Of a stretch of 64,000 bases of DNA, positions 28,771 through 37,937 are shown in pieces. Within the stretch, counting starts at the first letter, position 1. Each line of letters opens with the position of its first letter. The DNA is from Bryobacteraceae bacterium. Its GTDB lineage: Bacteria; Acidobacteriota; Terriglobia; Bryobacterales; Bryobacteraceae. The notes beneath the pieces are model-generated. The model did not search any database and had not been told where the DNA came from. It worked only from the letters and a program-made list of their open reading frames with translations. The stretch spans positions 21,364-85,363 of the forward strand of contig CAWHYW010000006.1 of NCBI GenBank assembly GCA_963833675.1. Reading direction: 5' to 3'. A program made the translations under genes and the position numbers.

Positions 28771-29175
28771 CTAGGCCGCCTCTGCCGGAACCTCTACCTT
28801 TTTGGCGTGCCGCCAGAGCCGTTCCAGATCGTAGTAGGTTCGCGTGCGATCCAGAAACACGTGACAGATCAGGTCGCCATAGTCCTGTAGGATCCATTCC
28901 CCGTTGTCGTACCCTTCCAGGCTGACCGGGAGTTCGCCGCGTTTCTTCATCTGGGCATAGATCTCATCGCAAATGGCTTGATTCTGGCGGGGGTTCGTGC
29001 CGGTGCAGATCAGGAAATAATCGGCGAAACTGGTGATCTCTCGCAGGTCGAGAACTACCAGATCCAGGGCTTTCTTCGATAGGGCGGCGTGTGCTGCCGT
29101 TACCCATGTTGGCTCTACTGCGTCGGGGCTTTCCGTTTCCAGGGCCGCGTTTTGGGACTTCTCAACTTCGCGGAT
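28771..29175 (-). CDS. rsfS: Ribosome silencing factor RsfS (no canonical start codon in frame)
   Basis: It is absent from the ORF track because the only in-frame ATG leaves 59 aa. The frame reads ...LSKKALDLVVLDLREITSFADYFLICTGTNPRQNQAICDEIYAQMKK...GEWILQDYGDLICHVFLDRTRTYYDLERLW, stop TAG 28771-28773. AGGAGG-7 nt-ATC at 29175 is the only SD-positioned candidate start. Confidence 0.75.
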   Translation of the reverse strand: MREVEKSQNAALETESPDAVEPTWVTAAHAALSKKALDLVVLDLREITSFADYFLICTGTNPRQNQAICDEIYAQMKKRGELPVSLEGYDNGEWILQDYGDLICHVFLDRTRTYYDLERLWRHAKKVEVPAEAA

Positions 29176-29214
29176 AGCGTGACCTCCTGCCCGTATCGTA
29201 CTACAATTATAAAA

Positions 29215-30024
29215 GTGCGTCTATTGGGTTTCTTCGTCTTCGCTTCCCTCCTGGTCGCGCAGGGCGTGGATATGACTGAGCTGAAACGGCTGGAGGTCGA
29301 ACGGCTCCGCGTCATGGCGGAGGCGGGGAGCATACCTCGGGCGCGTCTCGAAGCGGCGCAGGCGGAACTTGCTGATGCGCAAGACAATACGATTCTTCGC
29401 CAAACGCTCTACGGATCGAATCGAATCGAGGATTTCACAAAAGAACAATCCGACGTGATGGTCGCCGCGGCACAGCGGCTGGTGGATCGCCAGCAGGAAC
29501 GTTACGAGGCTACGAAGCATTTGGTCGATGAAGGCATCGTTCCGAGAGCTTCGCTGATGACGATGCTCGAAGACCTGGAATTCCGACGGAAGGCTTTGGA
29601 CCTGGCGAAATTCCGGGCCAACCTGGTTGAGGAACTAGCTGCCCAAGCCAACGCGGAAAGCGATCTCGACGAGGCTGCTCCTGCGCTTCGTTTCGGCCGG
29701 ATCATCGAGCGCTTCGATGGAGCGGGTCTGTTCCGGGAATCCGATTTTGTTCGCATCGCCAATGCCTTTCAGCGAAAGTTCGGGAAGATGCTTCCGGTGA
29801 GCGCAAAGGGCGATACGGCATTGCATCGCTCGCTCGGTTTCGATCACCGGGGACGCGTAGACGTAGCGTTGAATCCTGACCAGGCAGAGGGCTCGTGGCT
29901 GCGTAGTTATCTCCAGCACGCCAGAATCCCGTACTATGCGTTCCGGGCTGCAGTTCGCGGAAAAGCTACAGCGCCGCACATTCACCTAGGTCCGGCCAGT
30001 ACGCGCTATCGGCTCGCAGACTGA
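29215..30024 (+). CDS. Secreted hypothetical protein
   Basis: GTG 29215 gives VRLLGFFVFASLLVAQG. The track start at 29089 would overlap rsfS. Coiled-coil-like N-terminal half. The C-terminal half (HRSLGFDHRGRVDVAL...APHIHLG) is faintly reminiscent of LAS-type zinc peptidases. That similarity is very tentative. Confidence 0.5.
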   Translation: MRLLGFFVFASLLVAQGVDMTELKRLEVERLRVMAEAGSIPRARLEAAQAELADAQDNTILRQTLYGSNRIEDFTKEQSDVMVAAAQRLVDRQQERYEATKHLVDEGIVPRASLMTMLEDLEFRRKALDLAKFRANLVEELAAQANAESDLDEAAPALRFGRIIERFDGAGLFRESDFVRIANAFQRKFGKMLPVSAKGDTALHRSLGFDHRGRVDVALNPDQAEGSWLRSYLQHARIPYYAFRAAVRGKATAPHIHLGPASTRYRLAD

Positions 30025-30029
30025 TTCGA

Positions 30030-30551
30030 ATGGCTCACCCACACCTAAGGGTGCTGATACCAGCCGACAAAATTGCTGCGCGTGTCCGTGAGATCGGCGC
30101 GCAGATCGATGCCGACTATAACGGAGAGATCCATCTGGTCGGGATTTTAAAGGGAGCGGTCATGTTTCATGCCGACCTTGCGAGGGCGATCACACATCCG
30201 GTGCGACTGGATTTTATCGGGATATCCAGTTACGGAAAAGGTAAGACGAGTTCCGGCGAAGTCCGGCTGACTCGTGACCTCGATATATCCCTGGAAGGGA
30301 AAGACGTGCTCATCGTCGAGGATATTGTCGATAGCGGCGTGACGCTCAACTATCTCTTGCAGGTGCTGCGACAACGCACGCCGAAGTCATTGGCGATTGC
30401 AAGCTTACTCGACAAACCGGAGCGGCGCCAGCGTCCGGTTGAGTTGAAATACGTGGGTTTTCAGATTCCGGACGAGTTTGTGGTGGGTTACGGTCTCGAC
30501 CATGCCGAGAGCTATCGAAATCTGCCGGACATCTGCGTGTTAGAAGAGTAG
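30030..30551 (+). CDS. hpt: Hypoxanthine phosphoribosyltransferase
   Basis: VLIVEDIVDSGVTLNYL PRPP loop, FVVGYGLD. 173 aa. Confidence 0.92.
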   Translation: MAHPHLRVLIPADKIAARVREIGAQIDADYNGEIHLVGILKGAVMFHADLARAITHPVRLDFIGISSYGKGKTSSGEVRLTRDLDISLEGKDVLIVEDIVDSGVTLNYLLQVLRQRTPKSLAIASLLDKPERRQRPVELKYVGFQIPDEFVVGYGLDHAESYRNLPDICVLEE

Positions 30552-30893
30552 ATGGAGGAAGAAATCATGGGTTGCGGAAGTAGTGGCATCCCGGCGGAGC
30601 CGGAGGGCAATCGAACAGGACGCAAAGTATTCTGCGTGAAGTTCCAGCGCGAGATGCCAGGTTTGGACGAACCTCCATTCGATAACGAGATGGGCCAGAA
30701 GATCTTCGACACTGTTTCTAAAGAAGCCTGGAAGCTCTGGGTAGAACAGATGAAGATGATCATGAATGAATACCGGCTCAATCTGAGCACGCCGGACGCG
30801 CAGCAGTTTCTGATGACTCAAATGGAGCAATACTTCTACGGTGAAGGCGCGGCATTTCCGCCTGGATATTTGCCTCCGAAGAGCAAGAACTAG
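30552..30893 (+). CDS. yggX: Fe(2+)-trafficking / oxidative-damage protection protein YggX-like
   Basis: RKVFCVKFQREMPGLDEPPF...GQKIFDTVSKEAWKLWVEQMKMIMNEYRLNL matches the YggX pattern. The N-terminal ~20 aa extension is uncertain; ATG 30567 is an alternative start. Confidence 0.8.
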   Translation: MEEEIMGCGSSGIPAEPEGNRTGRKVFCVKFQREMPGLDEPPFDNEMGQKIFDTVSKEAWKLWVEQMKMIMNEYRLNLSTPDAQQFLMTQMEQYFYGEGAAFPPGYLPPKSKN

Positions 30894-30983
30894 CCGGATG
30901 AGTTTGTCACGTTTGGCCTGCCATCTTCACTAGTCCCCTGAGAAACACGCAGAGTCTCTAACTGCGACCCTCTGGAGGACGAC

Positions 30984-32849
30984 GTGAGAATAGCGCTAAC
31001 ATCCAAGCGCGTGTGGCTAGCCCTGGCGATAGGAACCACGGTCTTTGCGCAAACGAGTCAGGAGACCGAAGACCAAACGAATCTGGTATACCAGGCCGAA
31101 ATCAAGGAAGGGAAGGTTCTCAAATACACGGTTGACAAGCTTAGCCGTGAGGCCTTCTCCACAAAAACATTTCCCAAAGACAAACCTGCGGCTCCGAAAG
31201 ATGTGCCCCCGGCCCGCCTCCATCCGGTACTCGAAAAATGGTTGGCGTCAAAGGATCCAAAGACGATTGAAACTGTCGTCGTCAACTTCCGTGACGACAT
31301 AAAGATCCCGCGGTTTCCCGAACCGGAGACCACACAGACCAGAGACTATTCCACAAACAAAACTGCTCTTGCTCGTGCGAACGAACTCGTGCGAGCGATT
31401 CAGTCCAAGCGCGCGGACAACTACAAGCGAATCGCCGCTGAACTTTCCAGCCAATACAAAGCCACCGTGCTCGCAACATTCTGGATTCTCAATGGCATGA
31501 CCATCAAAGTTCCGCTCGCGGCCGTTCGCGAGATCGCTGCGCGGCCGGACGTTCTTTATGTAGAGCCTGAGCAGCCGGGCGACCTGCCTCCACAGAACGA
31601 AGTTTCCGTCGGGCGAAGCCGAATCGTCAGCGATCCCTACTTCAATCTGGGCCTCACCGGCGGTTGGATCGGACTTCTCGATACCGGTATGCGATTCACT
31701 CATACGCAGTTCAATGCGCCTTCACACATCGCGTTCCGTTTTGACTGCGTCAACGGCGGCTCCAGTTGCAGCTCTGTGAGCCCTGCTTTCAATGCAAACG
31801 ACGATTGCTGGAACCACGGAACGTCCACGGCAGCGATTATTACAGCCAATTCGAATCAGGGAAACGTGCAGCGCGGGGTCACAGGCATTACGCTGGACAG
31901 CTTGAAGGTTTATCCCACTTCTTTCTCCGGCGGCGCCTGCAACGGAGGCTTGAGCACGACCGCGGCCGTCCGGGGATTTGAGCGGGCAGTTGAGATTCTC
32001 GACCGGGTCATCGTAGCAGAGATGCAAGGAAGCGGCAATTATCTCAGCGCCATCTCGGTGGCCGCTGACAACGCCTTCGATTCCGGAGCTGTCGTGATTG
32101 CTGCCAACGGGAACAACGGACCGGGGGCGGGCACCGCCAATTCTCCCGCCAATGCGCATCGTGTCTTGGGAATCGGAAACTTTGACGTCCAGACGTTGGC
32201 GCAAGTTAATAGTCAGAGCCGCGGACCTACACCGGACAACCGCTTCAAGCCGGATGTCCAGGCTCCGACCAACACGTTAACGGCGAGCAATACGAACGAT
32301 ACCGCGCTCCATGTCTTCACGGGAACCAGCGGAGCCACTCCCTACGGGGCCGGAGCCGCCGCCCTGCTACGCAACTGGCTGCGAGGAGCCAGCTTCACCA
32401 TCGATCCCGGTCAAGTCTATGCTCAGATGATTCTGTCGGGCCAGCAGCCGTACCCGTTTAACAACACGAGCGGAGCCGGTCCACTAAAACTCCCGACGAA
32501 TGGCCATGCCTGGTGGGGTAAGGTGTCGGTTTCGAATGGCGAGACGATTGAGATCTCGCTTCCGGTGAGCGCAGCGGCGGCAAATACTCTGGACGGGGCA
32601 CTCTGGTGGCCGGAAAGCGCGTTTTCGTTTGGACCGTTCACACTGGAGTGGCACAATGACGTCGATCTGTCGTTGATCGACCCCAGTGGCGTCACTCGCG
32701 CTTCGAGTCTGTCCATCCCGAGCGTTTATGAACGGGCCCGCGTCTCTGGCGCGGTCGTGAACGGCTCCTGGAAACTGCGCATCCGCGGATACAACGTCGC
32801 GTTAGGTCCGCAGACCGTCTATTGGGCTGCGCACGTGCGCAACTTCTGA
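30984..32849 (+). CDS. Secreted subtilisin-like (S8) serine protease with propeptide and C-terminal beta domain
   Basis: GGAGGA-cgac-GTG start, signal peptide. Catalytic D (GLLDTGM), H (HGTSTAAII) and S (GTSGATPYGAGAAALL). Confidence 0.9.
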   Translation: MRIALTSKRVWLALAIGTTVFAQTSQETEDQTNLVYQAEIKEGKVLKYTVDKLSREAFSTKTFPKDKPAAPKDVPPARLHPVLEKWLASKDPKTIETVVVNFRDDIKIPRFPEPETTQTRDYSTNKTALARANELVRAIQSKRADNYKRIAAELSSQYKATVLATFWILNGMTIKVPLAAVREIAARPDVLYVEPEQPGDLPPQNEVSVGRSRIVSDPYFNLGLTGGWIGLLDTGMRFTHTQFNAPSHIAFRFDCVNGGSSCSSVSPAFNANDDCWNHGTSTAAIITANSNQGNVQRGVTGITLDSLKVYPTSFSGGACNGGLSTTAAVRGFERAVEILDRVIVAEMQGSGNYLSAISVAADNAFDSGAVVIAANGNNGPGAGTANSPANAHRVLGIGNFDVQTLAQVNSQSRGPTPDNRFKPDVQAPTNTLTASNTNDTALHVFTGTSGATPYGAGAAALLRNWLRGASFTIDPGQVYAQMILSGQQPYPFNNTSGAGPLKLPTNGHAWWGKVSVSNGETIEISLPVSAAAANTLDGALWWPESAFSFGPFTLEWHNDVDLSLIDPSGVTRASSLSIPSVYERARVSGAVVNGSWKLRIRGYNVALGPQTVYWAAHVRNF

Positions 32850-32876
32850 GCCAAACTGGACGCCATGGCAACAGCA

Positions 32877-32913
32877 GCGCACGACGAAAGCCTCGGAGGT
32901 TCTCGTCGTGCGC
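32877..32913. terminator. Perfect 11-bp stem hairpin between convergent transcription units
   Basis: GCGCACGACGA - 15 nt loop - TCGTCGTGCGC, 28 nt after the S8 stop. It is followed by a weakly T-rich tract on the + strand only. Confidence 0.45.
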
Positions 32914-33263
32914 TACTCTTCGTCTTAGGAAGCGCTTTCAAGGGCTTGGCGATCGCAGAATCGGTGACAGTCATCTTCGCGAACGAGAGCTGGTATCACG
33001 AGCGCCCGGAGCCGGAGCAGGAGCAGACCGGGATCCTTGAGAGACGAAAGCCCGAAACAGGACCGAACTCCCGAAGCGCATTGCGATACAGCTTCCGAGC
33101 CCGGAAACGATCGCTCGACGTCTATGCGCCCGGGACCGACAGGCTCAGTCGCTTCGTGGGAGCGCCCATCATCGCTCTCGGAAAAATAGTCGATTTGCGC
33201 TCCGAAGGTTTCGGTGTTGAATTTTGGATTGCCTCGATCCGAACCGAATGATCTTGTGAAGCA

Positions 33264-34507
33264 TTAAACAAGCGGCAACTCCGTCGCGATATCGAACCTG
33301 AGTTTTTGATGGGCTTGCCGGAGTCTGGATTCCACTTGTTGCGGCGTGTCGTCACGCGCGAACAGGAATCCCAGGTAGCTCGATCCTTCCGGTAACGCCA
33401 GCAATCGTTGACCTGGTTGCGCGGTGATTACGACATCATCGGCGTACGCCGCGGCTTCTTCGACTCCCGAAACATTGTTGTAAATCCCGCTGTGGGGAAT
33501 CGGGATCATCATCACGCCGGAAGCCACTGACTCACGCCGAAGCTCGCTCACATCTTCGCCGACGGCATGTCGCAGAATCAGTTCGGCTAGTTTCATTCCT
33601 CCTGTGAATCGCAGCGACTCGGCGCAAAGTCCTCCTATCGGTCTGGCCGCGATTTCGAGCAACCATGCGCCCGAGCTGTTGTATCGCATCTCGGCATGCA
33701 CTGGCCCATCGGTCAACCCCAGCGCCTTCACTCCGTTTTGCGTCGCGCGGATTAAATTCGCCTGAACATCCGATGGTTCTCTCGATGGCGTTATATACAG
33801 GGTCTCTTCGAAAAATGGACCCTCCAGCGGATCGGGCTTGTCGAAGATTGCAAGCACCTGCAATCGGCCGCCGGTAACGATTCCTTCCACCGCGAACTCG
33901 CGGCCCGGTATGTAGGTTTCCACCTGGATGAACTCGTTGTGCGCTTCCCGAGTCCTTCGGATATCAGGCGCCTGCAGCAATGCGCGAATGCGATTCGCCG
34001 CATCATCAGAATTCCGTTTCGTCATTGGCTCGAATTACGCCGCGGCTTCCCGATAGTCCGAGCGGCTTCAGCACGCAAGGGAAGGGAGCTAGCCTTGTAA
34101 ACTGCGACGGGTCATTCTTTACGGGCATCTGGAAATAATCGGGAACCAGCAGTCGGGCATCGCGAAATTTCTCACGAGCCAGGTACTTACTTCGGCATGC
34201 CAAGACGGCTTCATGCGGATGAAAACGCAGCCCAAGCGCCGATGCCGTAAGCGCGGCAATTTCCGTAGGTTTGTCTCCAACGGCAACGATTCCATCCGGG
34301 CGACGATCTAACCGGGCCAGCAGAGCTGCCGCCTGCTCCGGCTGGTCGAATCGAACCGGAATCGCATGCTCGCCCCAGGGCCCTTCCAAATGCACGCACC
34401 GGTCAATTGCCAGCACGACATCTATTTCCATCGCCCGCGCAGCTTCTTCAAAGGTTCGGGTTTGATACCCGGTAGTCGCCGCAACCAGGAGAATTGTTGT
34501 GGGTCAT
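33264..34507 (-). pseudogene. ATP-grasp carboxylate-amine ligase (L-amino-acid-ligase-like), frame broken twice
   Basis: ATG 34507 overlaps the repaired amidohydrolase stop (ATGA). The pre-ATP-grasp region TTILLVAATTGYQTRTF is out of frame with that ATG (extra nt in run 34501-34503). The second break is near 34008-34014 (RANDETEF / DDAANRIRALL). ATP-grasp core: CVLKPLGLSGSRGV, YIPGREFAVEG, GPVHAEMR, LLEIAARPIGG. Confidence 0.78.
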
Positions 34508-35852
34508 TTGCGCACGAATAGCTTCGCCGGGTTGTCGTAAAGCAGCCACTTCGCGGTGCTGGCGGCTTCTTCCTCATGTAAAAGATCCGTCTTCTACCCT
34601 TTCGGCCAGGACACGGGCTATGTTGCGCCGAGCCATCATCAGGTGCGCGTAGCTCAGTTCCGGATAACGGTAGTCACCACCGAAGCCGAAGATCTTGTTC
34701 GATGGGACGCTGTCGAGCATCTCGTGAAGGGCCGCTCTGGCCGCCGTCGGCGATACGATGTGCATCCAACAGTAGTCCACAAATACATTCGGAAATGTTT
34801 TCCCTAGAACGGTTGTTTCGTGATAGTAGGGATACCCGATGTGGAAGATATCGAATTGCACGCGGGGATAGCGTAGGAAAACATTCGTCAACTGCGCAGG
34901 GTTCGTGTGCTGCACATAATTGCCGTTGCCCGCCTGCAATCCCGTGTGCATCTGAATGGGTATGTGATGCGCTTCGGCCAGTTGAACCAGGTGATGATAC
35001 ATGTGGTTCGACAGCGTCCGAAACGGTCGATGCTCGAGCTGCTTCTTCTCGTCCGGTTGCACGCCCTCGCCTCGAGCGAGCTTCTCAAAATCCGCGCTTG
35101 CCTCCGCCGTTGTGGTCTCCTCAAACAGCAGGTCGCGCTGATACGCCAGTGTCGATTTCACTGTCACCATTCCGAGCTTCACGGCAAGCAGGAAATGCTT
35201 CTCCATGGCGCGCTTCAGTCCGTCCAGATTGGTAATCGAAACGTCCGCCAGCGCCTCCAGGCGATGAAGTCCCGCCGGCGTTATCGGGGTGACAAACCAA
35301 TCGAACTTCTTCGCCATCAGGAAGAATTCCGGATCGACAGCGGCCGGTTTTATCTGCCAGTATTCATCGTTGATGGCGTACCGAATCCGCGATCGCTTTT
35401 TCAAGACTTCGCGGTAAAGGCCGGGCTTGTTTCGCGCCGCGATTGCCTCGTTCGTCGGCTCAATTGTCGAGGCATTGATATCTGTCGGCCCCGTAGATAT
35501 CCCGGATCGCGATTCGCAGCGCCTCGCCATATCCGGTCCTCCGGACATAGCGCCAGTAAGGCTCAAATACGCTCCACTTCTTGGCCGTGGGCACATCGGG
35601 CTTCTCCAGGAGCGCCCGGTCGGCAGCGGGAAGTCCCGAAGACGAGAGGTCGTCAATGGCGTAGTGGCCGGCTAAGGTGAAGAAATCTACTCGCTGGCGG
35701 GTGCGTTCGGACTCGGGCAGAATATGCTCGTGCGTATCAATCACCTCGATCCGCGCAGTCGCTTCGTGCAGGCGGTTGTAGAGGTCTTTGGACGCGGCGT
35801 ACGTCGCAGCCGGCAGCGCCAGAAAGGCGCGTCGACGCATTACCTTCAGCAT
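34504..35852 (-). pseudogene. Tat-signal amidohydrolase-family (metal-dependent hydrolase) protein, frame broken twice
   Basis: MLKVMRRRAFLALPAATYAA, then IDTHEHI. Breaks are in run 35489-35492 (RDIYG / PTDINASTIE) and run 34580-34583 (VEDGS / LHEEEAASTAKWLLYDNPAKLFVRK). The repaired stop is TGA 34504-34506. Confidence 0.75.
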
Positions 35853-35946
35853 AGCGGGTCCGCACATCTGGCTTCGTTTCGCAACGAACCGCCCCCCGGA
35901 ACACATCTGCCTGAGAGAACCGCTCCAGTCGCGGCACTAGCATGCT

Positions 35947-37937
35947 GTGAGCGCGTGGAGGTGCATTTTGGGGTTGATCGCGATCGTGGCGTCGGCCGCC
36001 GGTCCCGAATATCCCATCCTGCAGGATGCGTACTCCGCTTTGAAGAGCAAGGATTACGAAACCGCGATTTCGAGGTTCACGAGGCCGTCTCGCTGGCGCC
36101 GAAACGCACGGATATCCGAAAGGACCTAGCGTACACGTACCTGAAGATCGGAGAAACTGAGCTCGCGCGCGATCGTTTCGAGGAGGCCATGAGGCTCGAT
36201 CCGGACGACACGCATGTCGCTCTCGAATACGCCTTTTTGTGCTATGAAACGAAACAACAGGCGGCGGCTCGCCGCGTCTTCGACCGCATCCGCCGCAGCG
36301 GGAACGCCACGGCCGAGCGGGCCTTTCAAAATATCGACGGGGAACTTCGCTCCGGCATCGAACGCTGGTCACATGCCGTCGAAACCCAACCCGAAAACTT
36401 TAGCGCCCATGAAGAACTTGCCCGTCTGGCCGAGTGGCGAGACGATCTCGGTACCGCCGCAGCCCACTACGAACGAGCCTGGAGACTCCGTCCCGAGCGC
36501 CGGGACCTCCTCCTTCGCCTCGGTGATGTCTGGCGAGCCGCTCGGCGCCGGCGAGAGGGCGAACGCCGCGCTACTTGCGGCTTCTCGCGGCGCTGAACCC
36601 CGCACCGCCGAAGCGGCCCGTGAGCTATTACCCGCCCGCTATCCGTTCGTTTATGAATTCCAGGAAGCGCTCAAGACTCGATCCGGCCAACATTCCGCTC
36701 CGTCGAGAACTCGCGTACCTCTTCCTCGAAATGGGGAACCGGGACGCAGCAGAAGCCGAATTCCGGCGAATAACGGAGCAGGATAAGAATGACTCGCTGT
36801 CGGCAGCTCAACTCGGCTTCCTCCTGTTGAATCGAAATCAGCTTGCTGCGGCCATGCCGCTGTTGGAGCGCGCGCTCAAGTCGGATGATGATGTCGTCAC
36901 CGACCGTGTTCGCGAAGCGCTTCGCATGCCCAAAGCGCTTAAGAAACGGCCCGAGGCGCTGCGTTCGCAAACCTCAAGCGAGGCAAGATCGCTCGCTGAG
37001 AAGAGTCTCGAAGCCGGTTATTTGAAGGATGCGGTGAAGTATCTGCGTATCGCCCATGAAAACGATCCCGTTGACTTTCAATGTCATGTTGAAACTCGGA
37101 TGGGCGTACAACATGCTCAAAGACGATCAGGAAGCGATCGAATGGTTCCGATTGGCGCGGCGCAGTTCGGATCCTGTGGTGGCTCAGGATGCCGATCGAG
37201 CGTATCGCAATCTGCGGTCCGGCCTCGCCCGCGTTCATACCTCCGCCTGGGTTTTGCCGTTTTACTCGTCGCGATGGAAGGACGTCTTTACCTACGCTCA
37301 AGTGAAGACCGAATACAAACTCAGCAATCTGCCGGTCAGACTATACCTGTCAACGCGTTTCTCAGGAGATACGCGCGGCTCGATTCATGACCCGAGCATC
37401 TCCGTCAATCCGCAGGGTCTCTCCGAAAGTGCCGCTATTCCCGGCATCGGCGCTTCCTTTCAGCCTTGGCGTGGGATGACGTTCTGGGGGGAAGCCGGGT
37501 ACTCCTTCAGTTACCTCCACAAGGAAAATACCGGCGCCGATTATCGCGGGGGCGTATCGTATGCTCGCAGCTTCGGGCGTAATCTCGATTCGCCGAGCAG
37601 CGGCTTCTTCGGCGAGACCACAGCCGACGGCGTGTTTATCAGCCGGTTTGAAAACGACATTCTGCTGTACTCGCAAAACCGGTTCGGCTGGACGCTTCTT
37701 CCACTCCGTGCGCAGTTCGTTTGGAATTGGAATCTCACCACGGACGTTCGCCGTCTTGCCTGGGCCAACACAACAGAACACGGACCGGGCATCCGATTCC
37801 GCGTTCCGGGCTTGCCGAAGTCGATGCTTTTTTCTGCAAGCGCGCTGCAAGGGAACTACACGGTGACAAAGGACAATCCTCGTCCGAAACGGTATTACGA
37901 CCTCAGAATCGGGCTCTGGTATGCGTTTAGCCATTAG
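35947..37937 (+). pseudogene. TPR-repeat protein with C-terminal beta-barrel-like domain (PgaA/BcsC/PelB-like exporter architecture), at least 4 frame breaks
   Basis: GTG 35947 gives a signal peptide (MSAWRCILGLIAIVASAAG). TPR-like helices run through four ORF-track fragments. Breaks are near 36076-36080, 36530-36560, 36676 and 37076-37078. The C-terminal ~280 aa are rich in alternating aromatic/Gly beta-strand patterns and end ...DLRIGLWYAFSH. Confidence 0.65.

Noticed and set aside
32865-33251. 128-aa + strand ORF after the S8 protease gene
   Set aside because: It has no SD. Its first 50 nt contain the perfect 11-bp hairpin that most likely terminates the S8 transcript. The opposite strand offers an equally long open frame ending just before the hairpin. 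I left it uncalled as unresolved.
33169-33264. 31-aa highly basic ORF starting at the TAATG overlap with the ATP-grasp stop
   Set aside because: It is too short and compositionally odd to call alone. It may only mark the start of a frame-damaged downstream gene (see the finding).
33264-34507. Graspetide/RiPP cluster idea for the ATP-grasp enzyme
   Set aside because: The ligase has a large pre-ATP-grasp domain and L-amino-acid-ligase-like motifs, unlike the compact microviridin-type enzymes. I found no short precursor ORF with a start codon and a Thr/Ser plus Asp/Glu-rich core.
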